This document shows positions 41,673-57,900 of a DNA stretch of 64,000 bases, one piece after another. How positions within the stretch are numbered: the stretch's first letter is position 1; each line of letters begins with the position of its first letter. Origin of the DNA: the human T2T-CHM13v2.0 reference genome, Homo sapiens. The position numbers were made by a program, and so were the translations under genes. The notes below the pieces were generated by a model. That model was not told the DNA's origin. It searched no databases and saw only the letters and a list, made by a program, of their open reading frames with translations. The DNA lies in NCBI RefSeq assembly GCF_009914755.1, contig NC_060933.1. One strand, 5' to 3'.

Positions 41673-42581
41673 ATCTCCCTCATCACTCAATTAATAAATG
41701 TGTATCTGCACCTGTTAGGATGTTCTGGTAGGGAGTAACTAAATCTTGCATTGCATTCAAAGACCTTAGAATTTACTAGTCATGCCCGAGAAAGTCATCA
41801 TGTGGGGCAGCAAAAGAAATACACAGAAGCCAGAATTAGAGATAAACTTCTGGGATTCAAGGAAGGGTACCATGGAACAACTTACATGGGAGCTGTGGGT
41901 CTGCAGCAGTGGGTCTCCAAGTGCTCAGGCCAGCAGCATCAACATCAACCAGGAGCTTGTTAAGAACACAAACCCCAAACCTCCCACGAGCTTCCCAGGA
42001 AATTCTGATGTCCAGTCAAGTGTGAGATCTGCCTGTACGAGACATCTAAATTTCCGAGTTTGCTTTGTCTTATCAGTGTTGTGTTCAGGCCAGATAAGTT
42101 CAAATCTTGGTTCTTTAATTGTTTAATGTTAGTTTTTTTTTTTCAATTAAGTCTCCTTGAGCCTCATTTTTCTTAAATGAGAACAGTGATGGTGGTGTCT
42201 ACTTCCTGGATTTATTTTAAGTCTAAGTATCTCACACAGCTCCTGGCACACCATATTGTCAGAGGCGTTTGAACCAGAGCAACTCCATCTTGAATAGGAG
42301 CTGGGTAAAATGAGGCTGAGACCTAAAGGGCTGCGTTCCCAGAAGGTTAAGGCTTTCTTAGTCACAGGATGAGATAGGAAGTCAGCATAAGATACAAGTC
42401 ATAAAGATCTTGCTGATAAAACAGGTTGCAGTAAAGAAGACCCACCAAAACCAAGATGGTGATGAGAGTGACCTCTGGTTGTCCTCACTGCTACATTCCC
42501 ACCAGCGCCATGACAGTTTACAAATGCCAGGCAACGTCACGAGCTTACTTTATATTGTCTTAAAAGGGAAGGAACCCTCAG

Positions 42582-42611
42582 TTCCAGGAATTGCCCACCG
42601 CCTTCCCAGAA
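42582..42611 (+). promoter_or_regulatory. Tandem GAS (STAT1) motifs in the 5' MER41B LTR
   Basis: TTCCAGGAA at 42582-42590 and TTCCCAGAA at 42603-42611. Confidence 0.7.
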
Positions 42612-45570
42612 AACTCATGAATTATCTACCCATTGTTCAGCAAATAATCAAAAAATAACCATAAAAATGGGCAACCAGTAGCTCTTGGGGCTGCTCCGCC
42701 TATATAATAGCCATTCTTTTATTCCTTTACTTTCTTAATAAACTTGCTTTCATTTTACTCTATGGATTTGCTTCATATTATTTCTTGTGCGAGATCCAAG
42801 AACCCTCTCTTGGGATCTGGATCAGGACCACGTTCAGGCAACATCTTTCCTGCGAACCATGGAAGAGACTATACTAAAGAGACCCCTAACCCAAAGGAAA
42901 ATCATCTGCACACAACACCAGTTGGCTGACTATGGGTAAGCAGAGTGCCCATACTTGGGTAAAGGATGAGATAGGGTTAGAGACCCAACTTAGAGGAGCT
43001 AGAGACTCTCCTAAAACAAAGTGGGTTAAAGGCCCCACTTAATAAAAGGCAAGGATGAGTGACTGAACTTGGGTTCAAGGCCCAACTTAGGAAGGTTAGA
43101 GTTCTTCCTAACATTTAGTGGGTTAGAGGCCCCATTCGGTAGAGTCTCTCTCTGCTAAGAATGGGTTTGGTACCATGGGATATTAACTGCTATTCTCTTT
43201 TAATTAATCTGCCTTGCACTCTTTGCTGATGGCTTAGGTGATGGGATTAAGCATGTTCAAGATCATGGGACATGGGGAACTTTATTCTCCCCAAAAGGGG
43301 AAACTTGAGAGCTGATGGAACTGCTGGAAAAGATCTCTTCGCTATGGACAAGTTGCCTCCTGAACTCTTGATTCAGCATTTCTGAGATGGGTGGGTCTTT
43401 CTCTGGTCTCCCTGGGGTCCTCACTTTCCCCACCCTTGATGCAGGGAATATTTTTCTCCCTTCCCTTTTTTTCTTTCTGTGCAAACCAGCTGAATGAATG
43501 ATAAAAATCACCGTTTATCTCTTCTGTAAAGTTTTGATTCATTGGAAAAAGGATTTGCAAGGCTAGTGTTAAGCTGTCATGAATCTGTTATAGTTTGTGC
43601 TATGAAAGAGGGGTACCTTAGTATAGACATGGGCTTAGGACCCCATAAGCCTGCTGTTCAAGATGACCCAACAAACTGGTCAGTTATGTCCTTGGGAGCT
43701 TGACCTTGTAACCATGTGGTGGTACTTTCTCTTAGTCTCTGCCATCCAGGGAACAGGAATTTTGGAATTCACATCACAGTTAGCCCTAAAAATTGTCTTA
43801 AGCAGTTAAAAGCCTTTGCAAGCTCAAAATTCACCACTTTAGACTCCTGGGAAAAGCAATGGAGACTGCCCAGTACTGTAGCTCAGTAGCTAAAGGTTTT
43901 CTTTTCAAAGTGGTGGCCTGGGTTCAGGGTTCAATTCCTGGCTTAAGAAATGAGTCCTTTCTGGTTTGATATCTGTGTGACCTTTGTCATTTTTTAAATT
44001 CTCTTCCCCTCCATGATGAACAACTTCTGGCTTCCCTTATTGAATTTTTCCTTTCTCTAAGCACCTGGGAGGTTACCTTTGGTACAGTTCAAAAGCCAGA
44101 AATATTGGCAGTTTGGCATGGCTAAAGTCTGGTAATAAGAGATTTAAAAGAATTTTTTTAAAACAGTGCTATGGTTAAAAGTCAGCTTAATTTAAAGTGG
44201 ATATTCAAGCTCTAACAGCCTGGGGCTCCTTGAGAAAAACAGGAGATGCCCCACAGAACCTGTTTTGGAAAAAACCTCTGTTTTCCTCATGAAACCCCAG
44301 GAATTAAAAGTGGATAGATCCTGCTTAAAATCTGAGGATCTGTTCTGTTTTGCATTGTGTTATCTGACGTTTTTGACTTTGGAGGGTGTCAGAAATTACT
44401 TTCCATTATGAAAGGGCTTTGGTGTATAATAATTAGGTAGGAAGTATACTTTGAGGGATAGCTAATGGCAGTTATGGGGGGATACTTGCCTCTTCGCATG
44501 TTTGTATTAGAGAAGTATGCTCTTGGTCACCTAGAAGGTATGGCAATGTCCCCACTCCACCCCCCCCCACCACTGAGAAATAAAACTCCCAAAGGAGATG
44601 GGCTGATTCCCTCTTTTTGGGGGTATAGGATCCAGTATAAAAATGGGACCCTTAATTTTTGAGATCTGTTTTACCTTCCAGCTGTGCCTGCTTATTAGGC
44701 TGTAGAAACTGCATGCTTTCCTACCCCTGTTCCTCTGAGGGCTCCACCCTGAAACAAGTAATCCAGTTAAGAAACTGGCAAATGAAAAATACAACCACTG
44801 GATCTTCTTCTGTCTGCCAGTGTATTTATGTGTTGTGTGCGTGATGTCTACATATGAAAGGGCTTTGATTAATTGGTTTAAAAATAATAAGAGTTTAAAT
44901 AAAATATTTTATCAGAAAAAGAAAAAATATAATGCCTTTTGGTTCATGTGACTTTAGTAAGCTTTGAGAAATAAAGTCAGTTTTAAAGATTATTAGTAAA
45001 ATTAAATTGTCTTCAAAATTTAGACATTTGGTCTAAATTACACAAGTCAGATATTAGGTTTGCTAAATGGTTTTAAAGTCACAAACTGCTACTTTGACTT
45101 TTAAAAATTGTTCAGAACAAAAGGCAGCAGAAACTTCTGCAGACCTAAACGTCCCTGTCTGACAGCTTTGAAGACAGTAGTGGTTCTCCCAGCACGGAGT
45201 TTGAGATCTGAGAATGGACAGACTACCTCCTCAAGTGGGTCCCTGATCCCTGAGCAGCCTAACTGGGAGACATCTCCTAGTAGGGGCCGACTGACACCTC
45301 ATACAGCTCGGTGCCCCTCTGAGATGAAGTTTCCAGAGGAAGGATCAGGCAGCAACATTTGCTGTTCTGCAATATTTGCTGTTCTTCAGCCTCCGCTGGT
45401 GATATTCAGGCAGACAGGTTCTGGAGTGGACCTCCAGCAAACTCCAACAGACCTACAGCTGAGGGTCTTGACTGTTAGAAGGAAAACTAACAAACAGAAA
45501 AGACATCCACACGAAAACCCCATCTGTACGTCACCATCATCAAAGGCCAAAGGTAGATAAAACTACAAAG

Positions 45571-46596
45571 ATTGGGAGAAACCAGAGCAGAAAAGCTGAA
45601 AATTCTAAAAATCAGATCACCTCTTCTACTCCAAAGGAACGCAGCTCCTCACCAGCAACAGAACAAAGCTGGATGGAGAATGACTTAGACAAGTTGAGAA
45701 AAGAAGGCTTCAGACGATCAGTAACAACAAACTTCTCTGAGCTAAAGGAGGATGTTCGAACCCATCATAAAGAAGCTAAAAACCTTGAAAAAAGATTGGA
45801 TGAATGGCTAACTAGAATAAACAGTGTAGAGAAGACCTTAAATGACCTGATGGAGCTAAAAACCATGGCACGAGAACTACGTGACACATGCACAAGCTTC
45901 AGTAACTGATTTGATTAAGTGGAAGAAAGGGTATCAGTGATTGAAGATCAAATTAATGAAATGAAGTGAGAAGAGAAGTTTAGAGAAAAAAGAGTAAAAA
46001 GAAATGAACAAAGCCTCCAAGAAATATGGGACTATGTGAAAAGACCAAATCTACCTCTGATTGGTGTACCTGAAAGTGACACGGAGAAGGGAACCAAGTT
46101 GGAAAACACTCTGCAGGATATTATCCAGGAAAACTTCCCCAACCTAGCAAGGTAGGCCAACATTAAAATTCAGGAAATACAGAGAATGACACAAAGATAC
46201 TCCTCGAGAAGAGCAACTCCAAGACACATAATTGTTAGATTCACCAAAGTTGAAATGAAGGAAAATATGTTAAGGGCAGCCAGAGAGAAAGGTCGGGTTA
46301 CCCACAAAGGGAAGCCCATCAGACTAACAGCAGATCTCTCGGCAGAAACTCTACAAGCCAGAAGAGAGTGGGGGCCAATATTCAACATTCTTAAAGAAAA
46401 GGATTTTCAACCCCGAATTTCATATCCAGCCAAACTAAGCTTCATAAGTGAAGGAGAAATAAAACCCTTTACAGAAAAACAAATGCTGAGAGACTTTGTC
46501 ACCACCAGGCCTGCCTTACAAGAGCTCCTGAAGGAAGCACTAAACATTGAAAGGAACAACCAGTACCAGCCACAGCAAAAACATGCCAAATTGTAA
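45571..46596 (+). pseudogene. L1 ORF1p, disrupted
   Basis: The start codon is mutated to ATT and there are several in-frame stops. The C-terminal part RATPRHIIVRFTKVEMKE...PRISYPAKLSF is retained. Confidence 0.93.
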
Positions 46597-46659
46597 AGAC
46601 CATCAATGATAGGAAGAAACTGCATCAACTAACGAGAAAAATAACCAGCTAACATCGTA

Positions 46660-50486
<3,827 letters not shown>

Positions 50487-53339
50487 ACAATGAGAACACT
50501 TGGACACAGGGTAGGGAACATCACACACTGGGGCCTGTCATGGGGTGGGGGGAGCTGGGAGGGACAGCATTAGGAGATAAACCTAATGTAAATGATGAGT
50601 TAATGGGTGCAGCACACCAACATGGCACATGTATACATATGTAACAAACCTGCATGTTATGCACATGTACCCTAGAACTTAAAGTATAATAAAAAAATTG
50701 TTCAGAATATCTACTTTGAAGCATTAGATTCTAGATGAGGCCTGGGGACATGTGAAGTGCCATGCCCCTTAGCCATGCTGGAAAGAGTCAGCTCTTACAG
50801 CACTTCTGTCTGGTGTCCTAGGCTCCACACCTGGCACATAATTATAATCACTTATGAACCAGGTTTTTCACCAAAAGTAAAAGTTGCTAAAAGTTAACAG
50901 TGCAATATGTGTTTGAGACTACTAAAGAAACAGTTCTACAATATGCAAGGAGTGTAAGGAAAGTAGAATATACTTTTGGTAAAAGATTATAAGAAGGCCT
51001 GGGAATGTGGATTTCTTGCCTGTGTTTAAAGGGTAAAAGGATTCTTTTAAAGTGAGATAGAAAAATATTAAAGGTTTGAACAAGTTGTGGAAAGTTTATT
51101 AAAAAATTAATTGTTAAAAAGATTCTTTGTGTGAACATATTATCTAGAGTTAAAGGGGGTATTATTCAGTTTTTCTGAATAATAGTTGAACACTAAAATA
51201 AAAGCACAACAGGATTTTCTCAGAGCACTGATCTGCTCTTTACTGAAAATTGTTAAGGGATTATAAAGGGTTTATAAGAATCTTGCCTTACAGTTGAACT
51301 GATTAAGATTGAATAGATTTGTCTAATAATTATAGTTGTTATGTTAAATTATTGTGTGCCATAGATGTAACCAAAATTTCCTTGTCAATTGTGACTTTAA
51401 TAGTGGCTGTCCTAAGACTCTTTGCCATCCACAGACAATTGTTTTCTTGTTTTGATCCTCTTCAAAAGGTGGTTTATAATCAGCTATAGAATTTGACAGG
51501 TACTAACGAATGCAGGTTTCTGATAACTTTGGAGATTGTAACATTAGAATAGAGGAAAAATCTTTAAGGGCTCTCATGGAGAGCTGAAATGTTTATTAAT
51601 ATCAAGCAGAACAGAAATTAACTGCATGGGCTGAACTAATAGAAGACTGAAGTAATCTTTCTGACTTTTGCTTAAAATGTAGCTGATCTTTTGTTTTGTT
51701 TTCCAGAGTTAAGGAAACTTTTCTTTTGAGGTATTTACAGCCTTTAGCAATTGAGTAAAGTATACTCCTGTAAACAAAATTCAGAGCATATTTGTTTCTC
51801 TTTATGTGATTTCTCCAGAATTTAGAAATTATTTTTGAGTAATCTTAATTTATGGCAATATAAATATTTGCATAAGTACAACAATCATGTTTTCTTTTGT
51901 AACAGGAAACAATTAGAGAAACTGGTTATTTTACCAAGGCTTTGACTCAAACGGTGTGCTTTCCTCTACGAAATCAAACTTGACTTGTAGAGCCAACAAA
52001 AGCCCCTTGGGAAAACTGGCCTCATACCTTTTCTACAGCAGTCCCTGTGCAGGGTTCCTGACCTGTGGTAAGTAAAGAATGTCACTTTCTGACAGGCTGA
52101 GAAGCCCCAAGTTTTCTTCAGACCTCAAAAGAAGAAGCATTTATTTAACTCAGGTATTTGAGGGTACAAACCCATGGCTGGGTTTGGCTTTAAAAAAAAG
52201 TCTTATCTAAGATTCCTTTTATAGAAAAGGAATTCCATCAAAGCCAATTTAAAAAGCATATTTAAAAAAAATTATTTTTGATGCACCTTATACAAATAAT
52301 CTGGTCAAGTATAAGACTAAGGCTTATTTTTGCAAACAAATCAGTCTGTTATGATTTGTCTTGAGTAAAAGTGGGATAATAGAGAGAGAGAAAAAATTAT
52401 GTTTCAAGTACTATGGTACACCTGTTATAAAATTCTGGTTTCATCAGTTGTTTTTGAGGGTTTTTTTTCTGCGATTTAGACTGACTCTGTTTATTCCTGT
52501 GAATCAATCAGTGATCTCTGGCTGCAGCTCAGAAGAATTGAGATGGATGAGTAATGTAGAAACAATCTGGATCAATATTCTAATTCTCAGCATATACTGG
52601 AATCAGCTAGCAACCCCATATCAGCTTGGTTTCAACAATTTTCCAGTTCATAGAAAGCCTTCTTATTTAGTTTACTTGGCATAATTTTGCTTATTTTGCT
52701 TTACTGTTGTGGAATATATTGCTGTCGTACTCCTTGTGTAGGAATGCAGGATAAGCTTACGCAATATTCTCTTAAATTGAACACTTATTAATCTTCCAGA
52801 TATCACATTTTGTCAGAGCTCAAGAGTCATGAATGACCCTCACCAAACTGATGCTTTCTGACTGAGCTCCTCTCTACCCTGAGGAGCCCCAGTAGTTAGG
52901 CAGGAATATCATTACCCCTATTCAGCCTGAAGAAATTACAAAAGATGGATCTTTGTCCCTCTTCAACCCTTAGGATTAAGGGTTCTCTTAGAAAAAGGAG
53001 AGGAGAAACATGTCAGAGGCATTTGAACCAGATCAACTTCATCTTGAATAGGGGCTGGAAAAAATGAGGCTGAGACCTACTGGGCTGTATTCCCAGGAAG
53101 TTAAGGCATTCTAAGTCACAGGGTATGATAGGAGGTCAGCACAAAATACAGGTCATAAAGACCTTGCTGATAAAACAGCTTATAGCAGAGAAGCTGGCTA
53201 AAACCCACCAAAACAGAGATGGCGATGAGAGTGACTTCTGATCCTCCTCACTGCTACATTCCCACCAGCACCATGACAGTTTACAAATGCCAGGAAATGT
53301 CAGGAAGTTACCCTATATAAAAAGGGAAGGAATGCTCAG

Positions 53340-53369
53340 TTCCTGGAATTGTCCACCCCTTTCCCAGAA
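53340..53369 (+). promoter_or_regulatory. Tandem GAS (STAT1) motifs in the 3' MER41B LTR
   Basis: TTCCTGGAA at 53340-53348 and TTCCCAGAA at 53361-53369. Confidence 0.7.
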
Positions 53370-53613
53370 AGCTCATGAATAATCTATGCCTTGTTTAGCA
53401 TATTATCAATAAATAACCATAGAAATGGGCAACCAGCAGCCGTTGGCGCTGCTCTGCCTACGGAGTAGCCATTCTTTTATTCTTTCACTTTCTTAATAAA
53501 CTTACTTTCATTTTACTCTATGGATTTGCCTCGAATTCTTTCTTGTGCGAGATCCAAGAATACTCTCTTGGGGTCTGGATTGGGACCACTTTCAGGTAAC
53601 AATATGGCTGGAG

Positions 53614-53998
53614 TGTATTAGACCATTCTGCACTGCTATAAAGAACTACCTGAGGCTGGGTGATTTATGAAGAAAGAAGGTTTAATTGACTCACAGTTTC
53701 ACGGGTTGTACAGGAAGCATAGTTGGGGAGGCCTCAGGAAACTTATAATCATGGTAGAAGGGTACAGGGGAAGCAGGCACATCTTACATGCTTGGAGCAG
53801 GATGGAGAGAGAGTGAAGGGGGAGGTGGATATACCTTTAAACAACCAGATCTTGTGAGAACATACTCACTATCATGAGAACAGCAAAGGGAAAATCCACC
53901 TCCAGGATCCAATCACCTTGCACCCGGTCCCTCCCCCAAAATCGGGATTACAATTCAACATGAAATTTAGTGGGGGGACACAAAGCTAAACCATGTCA
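53614..53998 (-). mobile_element. MSTA-like MaLR solo LTR
   Basis: tgtattagaccattc...tgctataaagaactacctgag...ggcctcaggaaactt...aaaccatgtca. 5-bp TSD TGGAG at 53609-53613 and 53999-54003. Confidence 0.9.
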
Positions 53999-54932
53999 TG
54001 GAGATACCATTGTTTTTCCACTTTAGTCCAGATTCTCAGGAGCATCTTTATACACATGGCTAAGGGCTCAGCAACAGTTCACACTTAGCTAAAAATGGCT
54101 TAAGTTTCAGTGTGTTTTATTTCTCAAACTCAAGATTACTTTGAGGATCTCAACACATTATGGTTTTTGGCACCTCCAGTTAACTGCAATAAGCCTTAGA
54201 TACACAACTTCCAATTAGGACATCCAAAAAATCCCAAATCTTAAGAAATTGATGGTACAATTGTGGCAGACAGACTTTGTGAAAACTCAAGTTCATGATA
54301 AAAAAATTCCAATCAAGTTTCTGAAACTTTTTTATTGGGAAACAGGAATATTAGCAAACTGCACTATTATTAAAAATAATAACTCAAGGGCACAGAATAA
54401 AATTAGCTTTCTGAATGAGAAATATTAAAAGCAAAAACGTCTAGGGGTGGAGACAGAGTTCCTGTAACAGAAATGAGAATGTCAGTGATAGAATAAACTG
54501 AGCTAGCTTGCTAAAGAATTCAAAGAAATAATGAGAGTGTGTAGGCAAGAAATCAGAGTCATCAGAAGAGCTGCAACTTACAAAGACCCCAAAAGCAAAC
54601 TCAATTCATCAGGAGCAAGAGGAAAATAAATGAAACACGTTGCTCCTTCAATCCATAAGAAAAGAACGATAACAGCCCATAGTACAAAGACAAAGCCATT
54701 ATTTTGTAACAGAGTCTTCACAAAGACTTTCCTCTGCAACTATGAGTCTGTGCAGGCTGCAAACGCACTGAAAGGGCAGGAAGCCAAACCAGAGTTGGGA
54801 AAGATTAGTCATAGATGTCACCCTTTGTAGACTCTGATGCTTCTCGCCTTGCCCTGGGAAGCCGTGAGCTGCCAGCTACAGAGACTTGGGGGACAAAGAA
54901 CATGCATCTGAGGGCAAGGGTGACAGCAGATC

Positions 54933-57900
54933 TGTCCTACTGGTGGAGAGAGCTCCCAATCCAGACCCTAAGAGAGGGTTCTTGAATCTGCACAAGAAAG
55001 AATTTGAGGCAAGTCCATAGAACTACGTGAAAGCAAATTTATTAAGAAAGTAAAGGAATAAGAGAATGGCTACTCCATAGGCAGACCAGGCCCAAGGGCT
55101 GCTGGTTGCCCATTTTTATAGCTATTTCTCAATTATATGCTAAATAAGGGGTGGTTTATTCATGCCTCCCCTTTTAAGACCATATAGGGTAACTTCCTGA
55201 CATTGCCATGGCATTCGTGAACTGTCATGGAGCTGGTGGGAGTGTAATAGTGAGGACAACCAGAGGTCACTCTCATTGCCATCTTGGTTTTGGTGGGATT
55301 TAACCAGCTTCTTGACTGCAATCTGTTTTATCAGCAAGGTCTTTATGACCTGTGTCTTGTGCCAAACTCCTGTCTCATCCTGTGACTTAGAATGCCTAAC
55401 CGTCTGGGAATCCAGCCTAGCAGGTTTCAGCCTCATTTTATCCAGCCCCTATTCAAGATGGAGTTGCTCTGGTTCAAATGTCTCTGACATTTCCCCTCTC
55501 CCTTTTCTAAGAGAACCCTTAATCCTAAGGGTTGCGGAGGGATAAAGATCCATCTTCTGTAACTTCTTCAGGATGATTAGAGGTGATGATATTCCTGCCT
55601 ATTAGGGTCTCTTATATTAGGCATAGAAAGGAGCTCTGTCAGGAGGCATCAGTATAGTAAGGGTGATTCATGACTCTTGAGTTCTGAGAAAAGGTGGTAT
55701 CTGGAAGATTAATAAGTATTCAATTTAAGAAAACATTGAGTAAGCTTATCCTGCATTCCTACACGAAGAGTACAACAGTAATACATTCCACAGCAGTAAA
55801 GCAAAATAAGTACAATTATTTCAAGTAAACTAAACTAGAAGTCTTTCCATGAATTGGGAAACTGTTGGAACCAGGCTGATATGGGATTGTTAGCTGATTC
55901 TAATGCACCCAGAATTAGAATATTGATTTTATCCAGATGTTTTTTACATTACCCATCCCTCTTATTTCTTCTGAGCAGCAGTCAGAGATTGCTGGTTGGT
56001 TCACAGGAATGAGCCAGATCAGCCTAAGTTGAAGAAAAAACTCAAAAACAACCAATGAGACTAGAATCTAATAACAAGTGTACCATAGTTCTTGAAACAT
56101 AATCTTTCTCTATCCAGTTTACCATTGTTACTAAGGACAAATCATGGTAAGACTGTTTTGCTTTATTACACTTGGCCTGATTATTTGTATAAAGTGCAGT
56201 AAGAATAATTATTTTTCACATAAGCTGTTTTTAAATTGGCTTTTGTGAAACTCTGTTCCATAGAAGGAATCTCAGATAAGACTTTTATAAAGCTGAGCCC
56301 TGCCATAGGTTTGTACCCTCAAATACCTATGAGTTGTGTCAATTCCTTTCCTTTTGAAATCCCAAGATAACTTGGGGCTCCTGGGCCTAAGATAAGTGCC
56401 ATTCTTTACTTATCACACAGGTCAGGAATTCTGTACAGAGACTGCTGTAGACTAGGCATGAGGCCAGTTTCTTCAAGGGGCTTTTATTAGCTTTACAAAT
56501 CAAGTTTGATTCCTTAAAGGAAAGAACACCATTACAGTCAAAGCGTTGGTAAAATTACCAGTTTCTCCAATTCTGTCCTATTGCAAAAGGGCTGATAAAG
56601 GCTGACTCTTGAGCCTAGCTAGGGAGCATGGCTCTCCATATGTCCCTAGGCCTTATTTAGAATCTAATGCTCTAAAGTAGGTAAATTGAACAATTTTCAA
56701 AACTTAAAGAAACAGTTTATTACCTTAAAGCATTTAGCAAGCCTAATATCTGACCTGAGTAATTTAGACCAAATGTTTAAATTTTGAAGACATTTTAATT
56801 TTACCAATAATTTTTAAAACTGTCATTTCTTGAAGAGTACTAAAGTCACATGAACTAAAAGCCATTAGACTTTTTACTTTTCTGACAAAATGCTTGATTT
56901 AAGCAGTCATTGTTTTTAAACCAATGAAAGCTTCTTTTTTATATCACAAACACACAACACACATAAATACATGACAGAAGAAGACCCAGTAGTTGTAAGA
57001 TTTTTCATTTACCAGTTTCTTAATTGGATTACTGGCTTCAGGGTGGAGCCCAGAGCCAGGAAAGCATGCATTTTCTAGGGCTAATAAGCAGGGACAGCTG
57101 GAAGGCAAACAGATTCCCCCCCCCAGATTAAGGGTCCTGCTTTTATACCAGATCTTGGATCCCAAAAAGAAGGAATCAGCCCCTCCCCATGGAAGTCTTA
57201 TCTCTCAGTGGCGGTGGTGGTGGGTGGGGGGGCGCATCTCCATACTTCCTAGGTGGCCAAGAGCATGTGTTTCTTATCCAAGCATGCACAGCTGAGTATT
57301 TCCCAATAACTGCCATTAGCCATCTCCAAAAGTATATTTCCTACCTAGTTATTACACACCAAATTCTCTCATAATGCAAAACAATTTCTGATACCTGCAA
57401 AAGTCAAAAACATCAGATACGGCAATGCAAAACAGAACAAAGCCTTAGATTTTGAGAGGAAACTAACTGCTTTTAATTCCTGGGGTTTCATGAGGAAAAA
57501 AAAGAGAATTTTCCCAAAACAGGGTCCGTGGCACTTCCTCTGTTTTTCTCCAGGAGTTCTAGGCTGTTAGTAATTATCTCAGGTTCTCTTATGTCGGCAT
57601 TAACAGTGGCAAAAAGACAAAATGAAGAAAAACAGTTCAGTCGACTGAGGAGAAAAACTTTTTTCAGAAAGAACAAGATTCAAGAAGGGGAAAAAGATAA
57701 AGCCCTTTTAAATATATATAGTTTAGATATCCATATTTTAAATTAATTAAGCTGATTTTTAACCATAGCGCTCTTTTAAAAAGTCATGGTAAATTTCTTA
57801 TTACCAGACTTTAGCCAGGCCAAACAGCCAATATTTCTGGCTCAGTGAAAGGAAAATACAGGACAGTTTTTGGAGGAGAAGAGAATAACAAATGGTAATG

